The notes below the pieces were generated by a model. It worked only from the letters and a program-made list of their open reading frames with translations, made no database searches and was not told the origin of the DNA. The translations under genes were made by a program, and so were the position numbers. Positions 1-8,078 of a DNA stretch of 32,000 nucleotides are shown here, one piece after another. This stretch comes from Mucisphaera calidilacus. GTDB taxonomy: Bacteria > Planctomycetota > Phycisphaerae > Phycisphaerales > Phycisphaeraceae. The stretch's first letter is position 1; the number at the start of each line of letters is the position of its first letter. The DNA lies in the NCBI RefSeq assembly GCF_007748075.1, contig NZ_CP036280.1, positions 960,001 to 992,000 of the forward strand. The letters are read 5' to 3'.

Positions 1-169
1 CAACGCCCGACTGGCGGATGACCTGCGCGGAGTTGTCGGATGAGTTGTCGTTGACCGCGATGATCTGGTGGGGCGGCAGTGTCTGTGTGGCTGCGCTCTT
101 GAGCGCCTGTTCGACGTAGCGCTCGGCGTTGTGACAGGGCATGATCACACTGAATCGAAACTCGGGCAT
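1..169 (-). CDS. Glycosyltransferase family 2, N-terminal fragment (gene runs off the left edge)
   Basis: Not in the supplied track because it is truncated by the window edge. The reverse complement from ATG (169-167) reads MPEFRFSVIMPCHNAERYVEQALKSAATQTLPPHQIIAVNDNSSDNSAQVIRQSGV. This is the textbook GT2 N-terminal signature (beta-strand-P-x-(Y/H)-N ... Q-T ... I-I-x-V-x-D-x-S-S-D). A GAGGGA Shine-Dalgarno-like motif (176-181, minus) lies 6 nt upstream of the ATG. Confidence 0.8.
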   Translation of the reverse strand, partial: MPEFRFSVIMPCHNAERYVEQALKSAATQTLPPHQIIAVNDNSSDNSAQVIRQSGV

Positions 170-337
170 GAAGGTTCCCTCAAGGATCGGCCGGCATCGC
201 TGCGCTTGTCCCGACGCCCGCGAACCCTACCCCTTCCAACGCCGTGTTGCCAGCGGGGCAGGGCTGTGAGGATGGTGTCAGCACCGCCGGCCGTGCTGGT
301 AAGCTACCAGCCCTCCACACCCCCCCCCGAGAGGCCC

Positions 338-1858
338 ATGGATCAGCCGAACACCGAGCAACCACGCGTCGAAGCGATTGGCTCGCGTGTGCGCGGCGGG
401 GCGGTGATCCTCCTCGCCGGCCGCCTGATGGCCGGGGGTTTTGGCACGCTGGTGAGGATGGTGATCCTGGCGAACCTGCTGGGGCCTGATGAGTTCGGTC
501 TCTTCGGCGCAGCGCTTCTCGCGGTCGGCCTGCTGGAGGTCTTCACGCAGTCGGGCCTGCGTCACGCGGTGATCCAGACGGATGATGTGAGTCGGGACAC
601 GCTCGATACCGCCTGGACCATCCAGGTGCTGCGTGGCTTGCTGCTGGGGCTGTTGCTGCTGGTGGCGGCGCCGTGGCTGGCGATGTTGACGGACCGCCCG
701 GAAGCGGCTGCGCCGATCCGAGGCCTCGCGCTGGTTCCCGTGCTGATGGGGCTCTCGAGCATCGGCATCAACTTTCTGGAACGCCGGCTTCAGTATGGCC
801 GCTACGTCGTCCTGACTGCTGGTATCTCGCTGATTGAGCTCGTTGTCAGTGTCTTGTACGCCCTTTACAGCCCGACCGTCTGGGCGCTGGTCGTCGGCCG
901 TATTGCAGCGACCGCGATGCGTCTGATCCTTTCTTACTTCCTCTGCGACACGCACGCGTGGTTCGGGTTCAAGCTGGGCAAGGCCAAGGCTCTGTTTTCC
1001 TACGGCATCTGGATTCTTGTCTCGGGGCTGATCGCCTACGCCCTGATCAAGGGCGGCGACTACGTGGTTCTCCACTGGCTGACCGAGAGTGATTTCGGTC
1101 TTTACTTCCTTGCTTACCAGCTGGCGACGCTCCCCATCATGCAGGTTGTCCAGACCGTGGACGCGGTGACCTTCTCGGGGTACAGCCGGCTCAAGAACGA
1201 GATCCCGCGGCTGCGTGAAGCCTTTCTCAAGTCTTTCCTGGTGATCGCGACGGTCAGTTTCTTCCTCTGTTCGATGGTGATCGCGGTTGCCTACCCGTTC
1301 GAGCGGCTGTTTTTGAGCGATGCTTACACGGGGATCAGCCGGCTGATCGAGATTCTCGCGATCTGGGGGCTTTCGCGCGGGCTGGGAGCCGCGAACAACT
1401 CGCTCTTCCTGGCGGTCGGTCGTCCTGCGCTCGCCTCCATCTTCCAGGCTGTCATGCTCGTGCTCTTCGCCGCTGCGGCCATACCGGCTGTCACCACCTA
1501 TGGTCTGGAAGGGATCTGCTGGACGCTGGCGTGTGTCGGTGCGGTTGTCCAGCCGATGCGCTATCCCCTGACGGCGAGAGACCTGCAGATGTCATCGTGG
1601 AAGATCTATCTGCGTGTCGCGGTGCCGTTATCGGCGGCTGTGGCGGCGGTTGCCGCGGCGAAGGCTCTGGCGTGGGTGATGCCCGGCTGGAACCCGTGGT
1701 TGCACCTCTTCCTGGACCCCCTCGCCGGGACGATCGGTTTTGCCGCGGTCATGATGCTGTGGATGGCCAACCGCGAACTCGACCTGAAGCGGGTTCTGAC
1801 CGAACTCATTCCTGTGAGGTACCAGATCTGGAGGGCCATCGGTGTTGGGACTGGTTAG
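338..1858 (+). CDS. Polysaccharide biosynthesis protein, Wzx-like MOP-family flippase
   Basis: Track ORF 68..1858, a multi-pass membrane protein. The N-terminal pattern GRLMAGGFGTLVRMVILANLLGPDEFGLFGAAL is typical of PST/Wzx flippases. I place the start at ATG 338 (MDQPNTEQ...), preceded by GAGAGG. The 90 upstream codons from GTG 68 are Arg/Pro-rich and overlap the divergent promoter region. Confidence 0.8.
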   Translation: MDQPNTEQPRVEAIGSRVRGGAVILLAGRLMAGGFGTLVRMVILANLLGPDEFGLFGAALLAVGLLEVFTQSGLRHAVIQTDDVSRDTLDTAWTIQVLRGLLLGLLLLVAAPWLAMLTDRPEAAAPIRGLALVPVLMGLSSIGINFLERRLQYGRYVVLTAGISLIELVVSVLYALYSPTVWALVVGRIAATAMRLILSYFLCDTHAWFGFKLGKAKALFSYGIWILVSGLIAYALIKGGDYVVLHWLTESDFGLYFLAYQLATLPIMQVVQTVDAVTFSGYSRLKNEIPRLREAFLKSFLVIATVSFFLCSMVIAVAYPFERLFLSDAYTGISRLIEILAIWGLSRGLGAANNSLFLAVGRPALASIFQAVMLVLFAAAAIPAVTTYGLEGICWTLACVGAVVQPMRYPLTARDLQMSSWKIYLRVAVPLSAAVAAVAAAKALAWVMPGWNPWLHLFLDPLAGTIGFAAVMMLWMANRELDLKRVLTELIPVRYQIWRAIGVGTG

Positions 1859-1862
1859 ACGC

Positions 1863-2894
1863 ATGCTGCCTCGGGGACTCAAGCTGTGGGCGTTCGAGCG
1901 TGTGGTGCGTTCGCCCGTTCTCTCGCGCTGCTATTACCTGTTCAGCGGCGCGTTCTCGCGCGAGTACGCGGCGGTGCTCTACGGCCGGCTCCAGCACGTC
2001 CGAGAAGCTGAGGCCAAGAGCGACGACGGGGCTCGTTACACCCTCCGCAGGAACACGCACCGGCTTGAGAAGGGGCTGATCATGCGTCCCCGCCGGGAGG
2101 TCTTCGCCACCGGTTATCTCGGCGAGACGGTCAATATCTTTTGCGCCCTCGCGGATCAGGATGACGGCTCCGCGACCGCCAAGGCGCTGCTGGACTGGTC
2201 GGGCGACGTTCTCTACCGCTATTTCGAGGCGGTGCCCGAAAACGCTGACGGCAAGGTTGACCGTCTTCGCGTCAAGTTCACGGAGTCGTTCGAGAAGCAC
2301 GCCCGTCAGCCGGGTCAGTGTGCGCCCTTTGTTCGTGACCAGACGCCGCTGCGGGTCACCATCGACGACATGATCGAACTCGCGCGCCGGCGGCGTAGCG
2401 TCCGGTGGTACCTCCAGCAGCCGGTTCCGCGGGAGATCATCGACAAGGCCATGCTTGTCGGCGGCTACTCGCCGTCTGCCTGTAACCGCCAGCCCTTCGA
2501 GTTTCGCGTGTTCGACCGGCCGGAGCGGGCGGCCGAGATCGGCGCCATCGCGATGGGGACCGCGGGGTTCGCGCAGAACTTCCCGTGTCTCGTTGTCATC
2601 GTCGGCCAGCTGCGGGCATTTCCGTTTGATCGCGACCGCCACGTTCCCTACATCGACGGGTCGCTTGCCGCGATGGCTTTCCAGTTTGCGCTCGAGGTTC
2701 AGGGCGTCAGTTCCTGCTGCATCAACTGGCCCGATATCCCGGAGCGTGAGGCCGCCATGGCCAAGGCGCTTGATCTCGAACCCGACCAGCGCGTCGTGAT
2801 GCTCATGTCGGTCGGCTTTCCTGATCCCGAGGGCAGCGTTCCCTATTCCCAGAAGAAGACCGTTGACGAGCTGCGGAGTTACGACCCGTCATGA
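1863..2894 (+). CDS. Nitroreductase-family domain protein with an approximately 170-aa N-terminal extension
   Basis: Track ORF 1842..2894. The C-terminal half has nitroreductase hallmarks (RRSVRWY..., SPSACNRQPFEFRVF, then CCINW). GTG 1842 overlaps the flippase stop, and ATG 1863 lies 4 nt after it. Either start is possible. Confidence 0.75.
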   Translation: MLPRGLKLWAFERVVRSPVLSRCYYLFSGAFSREYAAVLYGRLQHVREAEAKSDDGARYTLRRNTHRLEKGLIMRPRREVFATGYLGETVNIFCALADQDDGSATAKALLDWSGDVLYRYFEAVPENADGKVDRLRVKFTESFEKHARQPGQCAPFVRDQTPLRVTIDDMIELARRRRSVRWYLQQPVPREIIDKAMLVGGYSPSACNRQPFEFRVFDRPERAAEIGAIAMGTAGFAQNFPCLVVIVGQLRAFPFDRDRHVPYIDGSLAAMAFQFALEVQGVSSCCINWPDIPEREAAMAKALDLEPDQRVVMLMSVGFPDPEGSVPYSQKKTVDELRSYDPS

Positions 2895-4072
2895 TGATTG
2901 AGATCCACGGTGCCGGCTTCACGAACAAGGGTGCGCAGCTGATGATCCGGACGGTCATCAACCGCGTGCGCGAGTCCCTGCCCGATGCGGACTTCTGTAT
3001 CGAGACCGGTTCTGACGCACGATATCCGCGGGTCGCAGAGTACGGCCTGCACATGCTCTACCCGCAGGCGACTTGGGACCGGCCTCGACGCATCCCTTAT
3101 CTGTTGCGGCTGAGTCATCTTCTGGGGCGTGTGATTCCCGCGTCGTTCGTGCGGCCTTTCGGCCTGGTCCGGCGGCAGGACGTGGACGCGCTGATTGACG
3201 TTTCGGGTTACGCCTTCGGCGACAAGTTCGGGGTCTACAAGAGCCGGGTGTTTAATCAGCGGGCGGCCGCCTACGCGCAACGGGGCAAGCCGGTGATTGT
3301 TCTCCCGCAGATGCTTGGGCCCTTTCAGGAGGCCGGCTTTGAGAAGGTCATGGCCGAGATGGTCAGCCGCTCGAGCCTGTTTTATGCGCGCGACCGCATG
3401 TCGCTTGATGACTGTCGGCGGCTGCTGGGCGATCGTGCCGAACCGATCCGACTCGCGCCCGACATCACGATCTACCAGTCGCCCGGGCGACGGGACGTGG
3501 CCATGCCCGACAACCCCGCGCGGACCGTGGCGATCGTCCCGAACATCCGGATGCTTGATAAGGGCGACCCGCGCTGGAAAGAGTCGTACCTCCCGCGGCT
3601 CACCGCTGTCGGCAAATCGCTGCGCGAGCGCGGCTACGACCTGCACGTCGTGATCCACGAGACGCGTGGTGGCGACGCTCGTCTGGGCGAGCAGCTGCGG
3701 GACGCCATCGACCCCTCCGGCGTGCCTGTGATCGCGTACGAGGATCCGCTTGACCTCAAGGCTTATCTCGGGCAGTGTCGGCTCGTGATTGCCTCGCGCT
3801 TCCACGCGGTTGTCGGTTCGCTGGCCATGGGTACGCCGGCCGTTGTGATTGGCTGGGCGCACAAGTACGAGATGCTGCTTGAGGATTTTGGTATCCCGCA
3901 GATGATTCACGGCATCGACGACGGCCCCGACGACCTTCAGGGCAAGGTGGACCAGCTCCTGGACGATGGCCGCCGGGAGGCGATGCACCAGACTCTCGTT
4001 CGGCGTAAGGCCGAGATGAAACCGCTGAACGATGAGATGTGGGAGAGGGTCGTCGCTGCGCTGCGGCGATGA
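2891..4072 (+). CDS. Polysaccharide pyruvyl transferase family protein (WcaK/CsaB-like)
   Basis: Track ORF with an ATGA start/stop overlap with the preceding gene. Starts MMIEIHGAGFTNKGAQLM and has the C-terminal motif IASRFHAVVGSLAMGTPAVVIGWAHKYEMLLEDFG, typical of the PF04230-type pyruvyl transferase family. Confidence 0.8.
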   Translation: MMIEIHGAGFTNKGAQLMIRTVINRVRESLPDADFCIETGSDARYPRVAEYGLHMLYPQATWDRPRRIPYLLRLSHLLGRVIPASFVRPFGLVRRQDVDALIDVSGYAFGDKFGVYKSRVFNQRAAAYAQRGKPVIVLPQMLGPFQEAGFEKVMAEMVSRSSLFYARDRMSLDDCRRLLGDRAEPIRLAPDITIYQSPGRRDVAMPDNPARTVAIVPNIRMLDKGDPRWKESYLPRLTAVGKSLRERGYDLHVVIHETRGGDARLGEQLRDAIDPSGVPVIAYEDPLDLKAYLGQCRLVIASRFHAVVGSLAMGTPAVVIGWAHKYEMLLEDFGIPQMIHGIDDGPDDLQGKVDQLLDDGRREAMHQTLVRRKAEMKPLNDEMWERVVAALRR

Positions 4073-4081
4073 GGTCGGGGT

Positions 4082-5503
4082 TTACTTTCGCTTTTTCCGC
4101 TGCTTGCGCGGTGCCGTTTTTTTTGTCGAGGGGAGCAATTCTGCCGGGACCTGCTCGGGCGGCATCTGCCCCTGCTTGAGGAAGTTCGCGATCCACTGGA
4201 GTCTGGGCATGGCGTGGGGGTAGAAGGTTCGGTACCCGTCGCAGAGGACCGTCGGGCCGGGCAGTTCGCCCCGGGCGGGGCGGTGCTTGGGGCAGCCGCC
4301 GTGGCAGAGCTGGAACCAGTCGCAGGAGGCGCAGGGTTCGCCCAGGTCGAGTTTGCGGTCTGCGAATTCCGTGGCGCGGGCGCGGTCGAGTCCGCTCATC
4401 CATCGTCCGCCGATGGGTGCCGATTCACGCTCCTGTTCCGGAACGCTGCTGTTGATGGTCAGCGGAACCGTGCGGGCGGCTCCGCCGTGCACGTGGCCGA
4501 GCCGCCATTCGGGCTGGACGTAGTGGTCGCAGCCGAACACGGTGCCGTCGTGTTCGATCGTCACCTGCCCCGCGCAGGAGTGGGAGTAGATGCACTCCGA
4601 GGCCCGCCCCATGACGAGGGTGTTGAGCACGCTGTCGAAGAAGCGCACGGAGACCTCGTAGCGGTGTTTCTCGAACCAGAGGTCGAACACTTCGCAGAGG
4701 AACCGGCCGTACTGCTCGGGTGTCGGCGAGAAGCTCGCGGTGTGCCAGCCCTTCCAGTCGCCGAGGTCGGCGGGGGCGGCGTGCCAGTCGCCGTCGTGTC
4801 GGTTCACGCGTTCGGCGTCGTCGGGCGAGAGCCACTCCACGGCGGGGATGAACTGCACCCATCTGGCCTCGATGCGCATCAGTTCGCGCCAGACTTCTTT
4901 GGGGTGCACCACGTTTTTGTTGTTGAGCACCATGAGGATGTTGTGCTCGACGCCGTGCTTGCGGAGCAGTTCGAGTCCGCGCATCACCTGGGCGTAGCTG
5001 CCTGAGCCGTCGGTGGTGACCCGGTAGTGGTTGTGGTCTGAGGCGAGTCCGTCGAGGGAGATGCCGATCAGGAATTCGTGCTGGCGGAGGAAGGCGCACC
5101 ATTCGTCGTCGAGGAGCGTCCCGTTGGTCTGGAGGCAGTGCACGACGCGTTGGTCCGGCCGCCGGTGCTTGTCGACGAGTTCGATCATGCGCTTGAACCA
5201 GTCGAGGCCTGCGAGTGTCGGCTCGCCTCCCTGCCAGGACAGGGTCACGGTCTTGTTGCTCTCGGGCAGGTAGCCGGCGAGTGTTGCCTCGAGTGTCTCC
5301 TCGCGCATGCGCTGGGCGTTGCCGTCGTAGATGCCCATGACCGGGAGGTAGTAGCAGTAGTGGCAGCGGAGGTTGCAGGCGGCCCCCACGGGCTTGATCA
5401 TGAGCATCGATGACTTGGGCGACAGGTCGACCTCACGGCGCTCGGTCAGCGAGCGTCGGAGGGCGTGGGTCTTGAGGATCTGCGCAGCGTCAGCTTGAGA
5501 CAT
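4082..5503 (-). CDS. Radical SAM/SPASM enzyme, anaerobic sulfatase-maturating enzyme-like
   Basis: CNLRCHYCYY (CxxxCxxC radical SAM cluster), WQGGEPTLAG, NGTLLDDEW, GISLDG...HNHYR, VQFIPAVE, and C-terminal Cys clusters (CDHY..., CASCDWFQLCHGGC). This pattern matches AslB/ChuR/anSME-type maturases. It has an unusual basic tail, TKKTAPRKQRKKRK. Confidence 0.75.
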   Translation of the reverse strand: MSQADAAQILKTHALRRSLTERREVDLSPKSSMLMIKPVGAACNLRCHYCYYLPVMGIYDGNAQRMREETLEATLAGYLPESNKTVTLSWQGGEPTLAGLDWFKRMIELVDKHRRPDQRVVHCLQTNGTLLDDEWCAFLRQHEFLIGISLDGLASDHNHYRVTTDGSGSYAQVMRGLELLRKHGVEHNILMVLNNKNVVHPKEVWRELMRIEARWVQFIPAVEWLSPDDAERVNRHDGDWHAAPADLGDWKGWHTASFSPTPEQYGRFLCEVFDLWFEKHRYEVSVRFFDSVLNTLVMGRASECIYSHSCAGQVTIEHDGTVFGCDHYVQPEWRLGHVHGGAARTVPLTINSSVPEQERESAPIGGRWMSGLDRARATEFADRKLDLGEPCASCDWFQLCHGGCPKHRPARGELPGPTVLCDGYRTFYPHAMPRLQWIANFLKQGQMPPEQVPAELLPSTKKTAPRKQRKKRK

Positions 5504-5547
5504 CGGTCCTCATCGTAGGCTTGAGTCATATGGATCAAGGGGGGGAA

Positions 5548-5620
5548 TGGAGCCGATGGGGATCGAACCCACAACCTCTGCATTGCGAACGCAGCGCTCT
5601 CCCAATTGAGCTACGGCCCC
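5548..5620 (-). tRNA. tRNA-Ala (anticodon CGC)
   Basis: The reverse complement folds by hand into a 73-nt cloverleaf: GGGGCCG-TA-GCTC-AATTGGGA-GAGC-G-CTGCG-TTCGCAA-TGCAG-AGGTT-GTGGG-TTCGATC-CCCAT-CGGCTCC-A. Anticodon CGC, G3:U70 alanine identity pair, T-loop TTCGATC, discriminator A. CCA is not encoded. Confidence 0.93.
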
Positions 5621-5631
5621 TGCGTGTGAGC

Positions 5632-5660
5632 AGGATACCGCCGATCGCCGCGCAGTCCAA
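5632..5660 (-). promoter_or_regulatory. Candidate sigma70-type promoter for tRNA-Ala
   Basis: The minus strand reads TTGGAC - 17 nt - TATCCT, and the -10 element ends 11 nt before the mature tRNA 5' end. Motif match only. Confidence 0.4.
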
Positions 5661-5743
5661 CCCCGCCCCCCGCAGGACGCACACAAGACCCCGATTCCGT
5701 TTAACTTACGCCGACAAAGTGTCGGATGTTCGCCACGGATTTC

Positions 5744-5772
5744 TTGACCCCCGCCATTGTGACGGGTTAAAT
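5744..5772 (+). promoter_or_regulatory. Candidate sigma70-type promoter for the pilM-like operon
   Basis: TTGACC (5744-5749) - 17 nt - TTAAAT (5767-5772), about 45 nt upstream of ATG 5817. GGAG (5808-5811) sits 5 nt before the ATG. Motif match only. Confidence 0.4.
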
Positions 5773-5816
5773 GTTCATCAGGGTTGCAGTTGTTCCCTGA
5801 ACCTACCGGAGTTGTC

Positions 5817-8078
5817 ATGGCCAGTCGTAATGATTGTTGGGGGATCGAGATCGGCTCCTACGCCATCAAGGCAATGCATCTTGTTCGCAGCGGGGCCGAC
5901 GTCCGGCTGGTGGACTATGTGCAGCTGCCTTACAAGCAGGTTCTCTCGACGCCTGACATCGACGCCGACGAGCAGATCCGCCTGCAGCTGACGGCCTTTC
6001 TCGCTCAGCACGACGTGTCCAAGTCGACGGTGGTCGCGTCCGTCCCCGGGAACATGGCTTTTGCGCGGTTCGCGAAGCTCCCGCCGGTCGAGCCGAAGCA
6101 GGTTCGGAAGATCGTCGAGTTCGAGGCCAAGCAGCAGATCCCCTTCCCGATCGATCAGGTTGAGTGGGACCATCAGGTGTTTCAGCAGCCCGATTCGCCG
6201 GACATCGAGGTCGGCATTTTCGCGATTACCAAAGAGCGGGTGATGTCGTTCCTGGCCAACTTCCGCGCGGTCAACGTCCGTGTCGACGAGATCACGCTGG
6301 CCCCCGTCGCGGCCTACAACGCCTTTATCTACGACCAGGCCGAGCAGCAGAGCACGGGCACCATCTACCTTGACATCGGCACCAGTTCCACGGACGTGAT
6401 CATCGTCGAGGACGAGAGCATCTGGCTGCGGACCCTGCCGATCGGAGGCAACAACTTCACCGAGGCGCTGGTCCGCTCCTTCAAGCTCTCCTATCCCAAG
6501 GCGGAGAAGCTCAAGCTCGAAGCCAGCACGTCAAAGTACGCCCGCCAGATCTTCCAGGCGATGCGGCCTGTTTTCGCGGATCTTGTTCAGGAGATTCAGC
6601 GTTCGCTGGGCTACTACCAGTCGATCCATCGCGATTCGGAGATCACGCGCATCGTCGGGCTCGGCTCCACGTTCCGTCTTCCCGGTCTGACGAAGTTCCT
6701 CAAGCAGCAGATGCAGATCGAGGTTCAACGCCCCGACACTTACGCGCGTCTGGACATCGACGGCAAGCGTGAGGCGGCTTTCGCCGAGGACGCTCTCAAC
6801 CTCGCGACCGTCTACGGGCTGGCGATTCAGGGTCTTGGCGAGGAGAAGGTTCACGCTAACCTGATGCCCACGCCGATCCTGCGTCAACGCGTCTGGAACG
6901 CCAAGCAGCCCTGGTTTGCAGCGGCGGCGGCCTGCATGGCCGTTGCGGCGGCCATTCCGGTCTACAAGTACTACACCGATCAGACCGCCATCAGCAAGGT
7001 GGAGGACGAGATCGCGCCCAGCGTGCAGGCCGTCACGCGTGAGGCCGACAAGTACAAGAAAGATTTTCAGGCGATTCAGTCGGGCGGCGAGCCGATCCGG
7101 CGTATCGAGGGTCTCCAGTCGCTGGCGCAGATGCGCACCATCTGGCCCTCGATCATGCAGGATGTCAGTCTTGCCGTGAACGCCGCTGACCCCCAGCCGG
7201 AGCTTCGGCAGGGCAGCGATATCGAGAAGATCAAGACGATCCCGCGGACCGAGCGGCGGCAGATCATCATCGAGCAGTTCAGCACCGACTACATCCCCCA
7301 GCCCGAGGATGAGACCGACCAGGAAGAGGACGGCAACAACTTCAACAACTTCGGCAAGGACCCCATGGGCATGGGGATGGGGATGGGTCCGGGGATGGGG
7401 CCGGGTATGGGACCCGGCATGGGGATGGGGCCCGGGGATATGGGCATGGGGATGGGGATGGGGATGGGCGGCATGCCTTCGGGTGGTGACGGCGAGTTCT
7501 CGCGTACTTATCCGCTCGAAGACTTCTTCACCGAGACAACGGGCCCGCGTTTCCACGCCGTCATTGTCGGGACCACCCCCAACGGTCAGGCGGCTGACTT
7601 CCTGACGCGGACGCTCATCAAGTATCTCCGCGATAACGCCGACCGCGAGGGCAGGCCTTACAAGTTCGTCTTCCCGGATACGGTTCTGGTCAACATCGAG
7701 CGTGTCCAGGTGGATCCCGGCCAGCGCGGCTCCGGATCGTCACGCGGCTCTCTCGGTGCGACCAGGAACCCCATGGGTGCGGGCATGCCGCCCGGCATGG
7801 GCATGGGCCCCGGCGACATGGGCATGGGCATGGGCATGGGCCCCGGCGACATGGGCATGGGTATGGGGATGGGGGCACGCTCGCGTTCTTCGACGAATGC
7901 TGAGGATCTGATCCCTCGCCACCCGCTGGCCGACGAGCCGCGTAACACCGACACCCGTTTCCGCATCGAGTTCTTCATCGAGCTCAAGTCGCCCGAGAAG
8001 TCCAAGGCGGCTTCGGGCGAGTTGAGCGCGAGGAGCCCACGCGACGACCACAAACAGCAGACAGGCCGCGATTCATGA
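5817..8078 (+). CDS. PilM-like actin-fold ATPase fused to a PilN-like transmembrane/periplasmic segment (GspL-like architecture) with a Met/Gly/Pro-rich C-terminal region
   Basis: Track ORF 5784..8078; ATG 5817 with a GGAG RBS is preferred. The first 350 aa or so are classic PilM (GIEIGSYAIKAMHL..., YLDIGTSSTDVIIV, LPIGGNNFTEAL, GLGSTFRLPGL). An ANLMP motif follows (6858-6869, like the PilN N-terminal INLLP peptide that binds PilM), then a TM helix (about 6907-6966). After that come a coiled-coil/PilN-like stretch and two GMGMGPG tracts. Confidence 0.85.
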   Translation: MASRNDCWGIEIGSYAIKAMHLVRSGADVRLVDYVQLPYKQVLSTPDIDADEQIRLQLTAFLAQHDVSKSTVVASVPGNMAFARFAKLPPVEPKQVRKIVEFEAKQQIPFPIDQVEWDHQVFQQPDSPDIEVGIFAITKERVMSFLANFRAVNVRVDEITLAPVAAYNAFIYDQAEQQSTGTIYLDIGTSSTDVIIVEDESIWLRTLPIGGNNFTEALVRSFKLSYPKAEKLKLEASTSKYARQIFQAMRPVFADLVQEIQRSLGYYQSIHRDSEITRIVGLGSTFRLPGLTKFLKQQMQIEVQRPDTYARLDIDGKREAAFAEDALNLATVYGLAIQGLGEEKVHANLMPTPILRQRVWNAKQPWFAAAAACMAVAAAIPVYKYYTDQTAISKVEDEIAPSVQAVTREADKYKKDFQAIQSGGEPIRRIEGLQSLAQMRTIWPSIMQDVSLAVNAADPQPELRQGSDIEKIKTIPRTERRQIIIEQFSTDYIPQPEDETDQEEDGNNFNNFGKDPMGMGMGMGPGMGPGMGPGMGMGPGDMGMGMGMGMGGMPSGGDGEFSRTYPLEDFFTETTGPRFHAVIVGTTPNGQAADFLTRTLIKYLRDNADREGRPYKFVFPDTVLVNIERVQVDPGQRGSGSSRGSLGATRNPMGAGMPPGMGMGPGDMGMGMGMGPGDMGMGMGMGARSRSSTNAEDLIPRHPLADEPRNTDTRFRIEFFIELKSPEKSKAASGELSARSPRDDHKQQTGRDS
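7365..7475 (+). repeat. In-frame (ATG-GGN / CCN-GGN) hexanucleotide tract encoding MGMGMGPGMGPGMGPGMGMGPGDMGMGMGMGMGGM
   Basis: Read directly from the sequence. It is an imperfect microsatellite-like run that uses mixed synonymous codons (GGG/GGC/GGT, CCG/CCC). Confidence 0.9.
7773..7875 (+). repeat. Second Met/Gly/Pro tract, containing a 33-nt tandem duplication (7803-7835 / 7836-7868)
   Basis: ATGGGCCCCGGCGACATGGGCATGGGCATGGGC is followed immediately by ATGGGCCCCGGCGACATGGGCATGGGTATGGGG (31/33 identical). This encodes (MGPGDMGMGMG)x2. Confidence 0.9.

Noticed and set aside
68-337. 90-codon N-terminal extension of the flippase ORF from GTG 68.
   Set aside because: The sequence is Arg/Pro/Cys-rich and non-membrane, and it overlaps the divergent GT2 gene start and promoter region. 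ATG 338 has a GAGAGG RBS and gives a typical flippase N-terminus.
278-1075. Long antisense or alternative-frame ORFs throughout the track. Examples: 278..1075(-), 1806..2642(-), 2879..3988(-), 4214..5005(+), 6531..7556(-), 9543..10415(-), 10629..11402(-), 13214..14152(+), 15045..15614(+), 17160..17927(+), 20186..20914(+), 21619..22395(+), 24068..24787(+), 26620..27537(+), 29845..30786(-), 31028..31621(-).
   Set aside because: Each lies opposite or out of frame with an ORF that has clear family signatures. Their translations are Arg/Pro/Gly/Ala/His-rich low-complexity strings without motifs. Long stop-free shadow frames are expected in DNA of about 65% GC.
5504-5816. Possibility that tRNA-Ala marks the attachment site of an integrated element carrying the pilM-like module.
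   Set aside because: There is no integrase, recombinase, phage or transposase gene anywhere in the window. I could not find a direct repeat of the tRNA 3' end. The composition of 5817-11567 looks like the rest of the window.
5510-5991. ORFs 5510..5818(-) and 5521..5991(+) covering the tRNA region.
   Set aside because: They run through a well-folded tRNA-Ala and its flanking promoter-like sequence, and have no protein signature.
7365-7475. Assigning the Met-rich tracts a definite copper/silver-binding function.
   Set aside because: The only support is an analogy with Met-rich periplasmic copper proteins. There are no His/Met MxxM-H patterns, no cop/cus genes nearby and no direct evidence. 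It is kept as one hypothesis inside finding 1 rather than as a call.
7289-8053. Antisense ORFs encoding PIPIPMPMP-type peptides (7289..7474, 7658..8053, 7690..7878, 7740..8051) and frame-shifted WGWGWG ORFs (7309..7605, 7702..7911).
   Set aside because: They are the mirror or shifted readings of the (ATGGGN)n tracts. The sense frame is continuous with a bona fide PilM/PilN-like protein.
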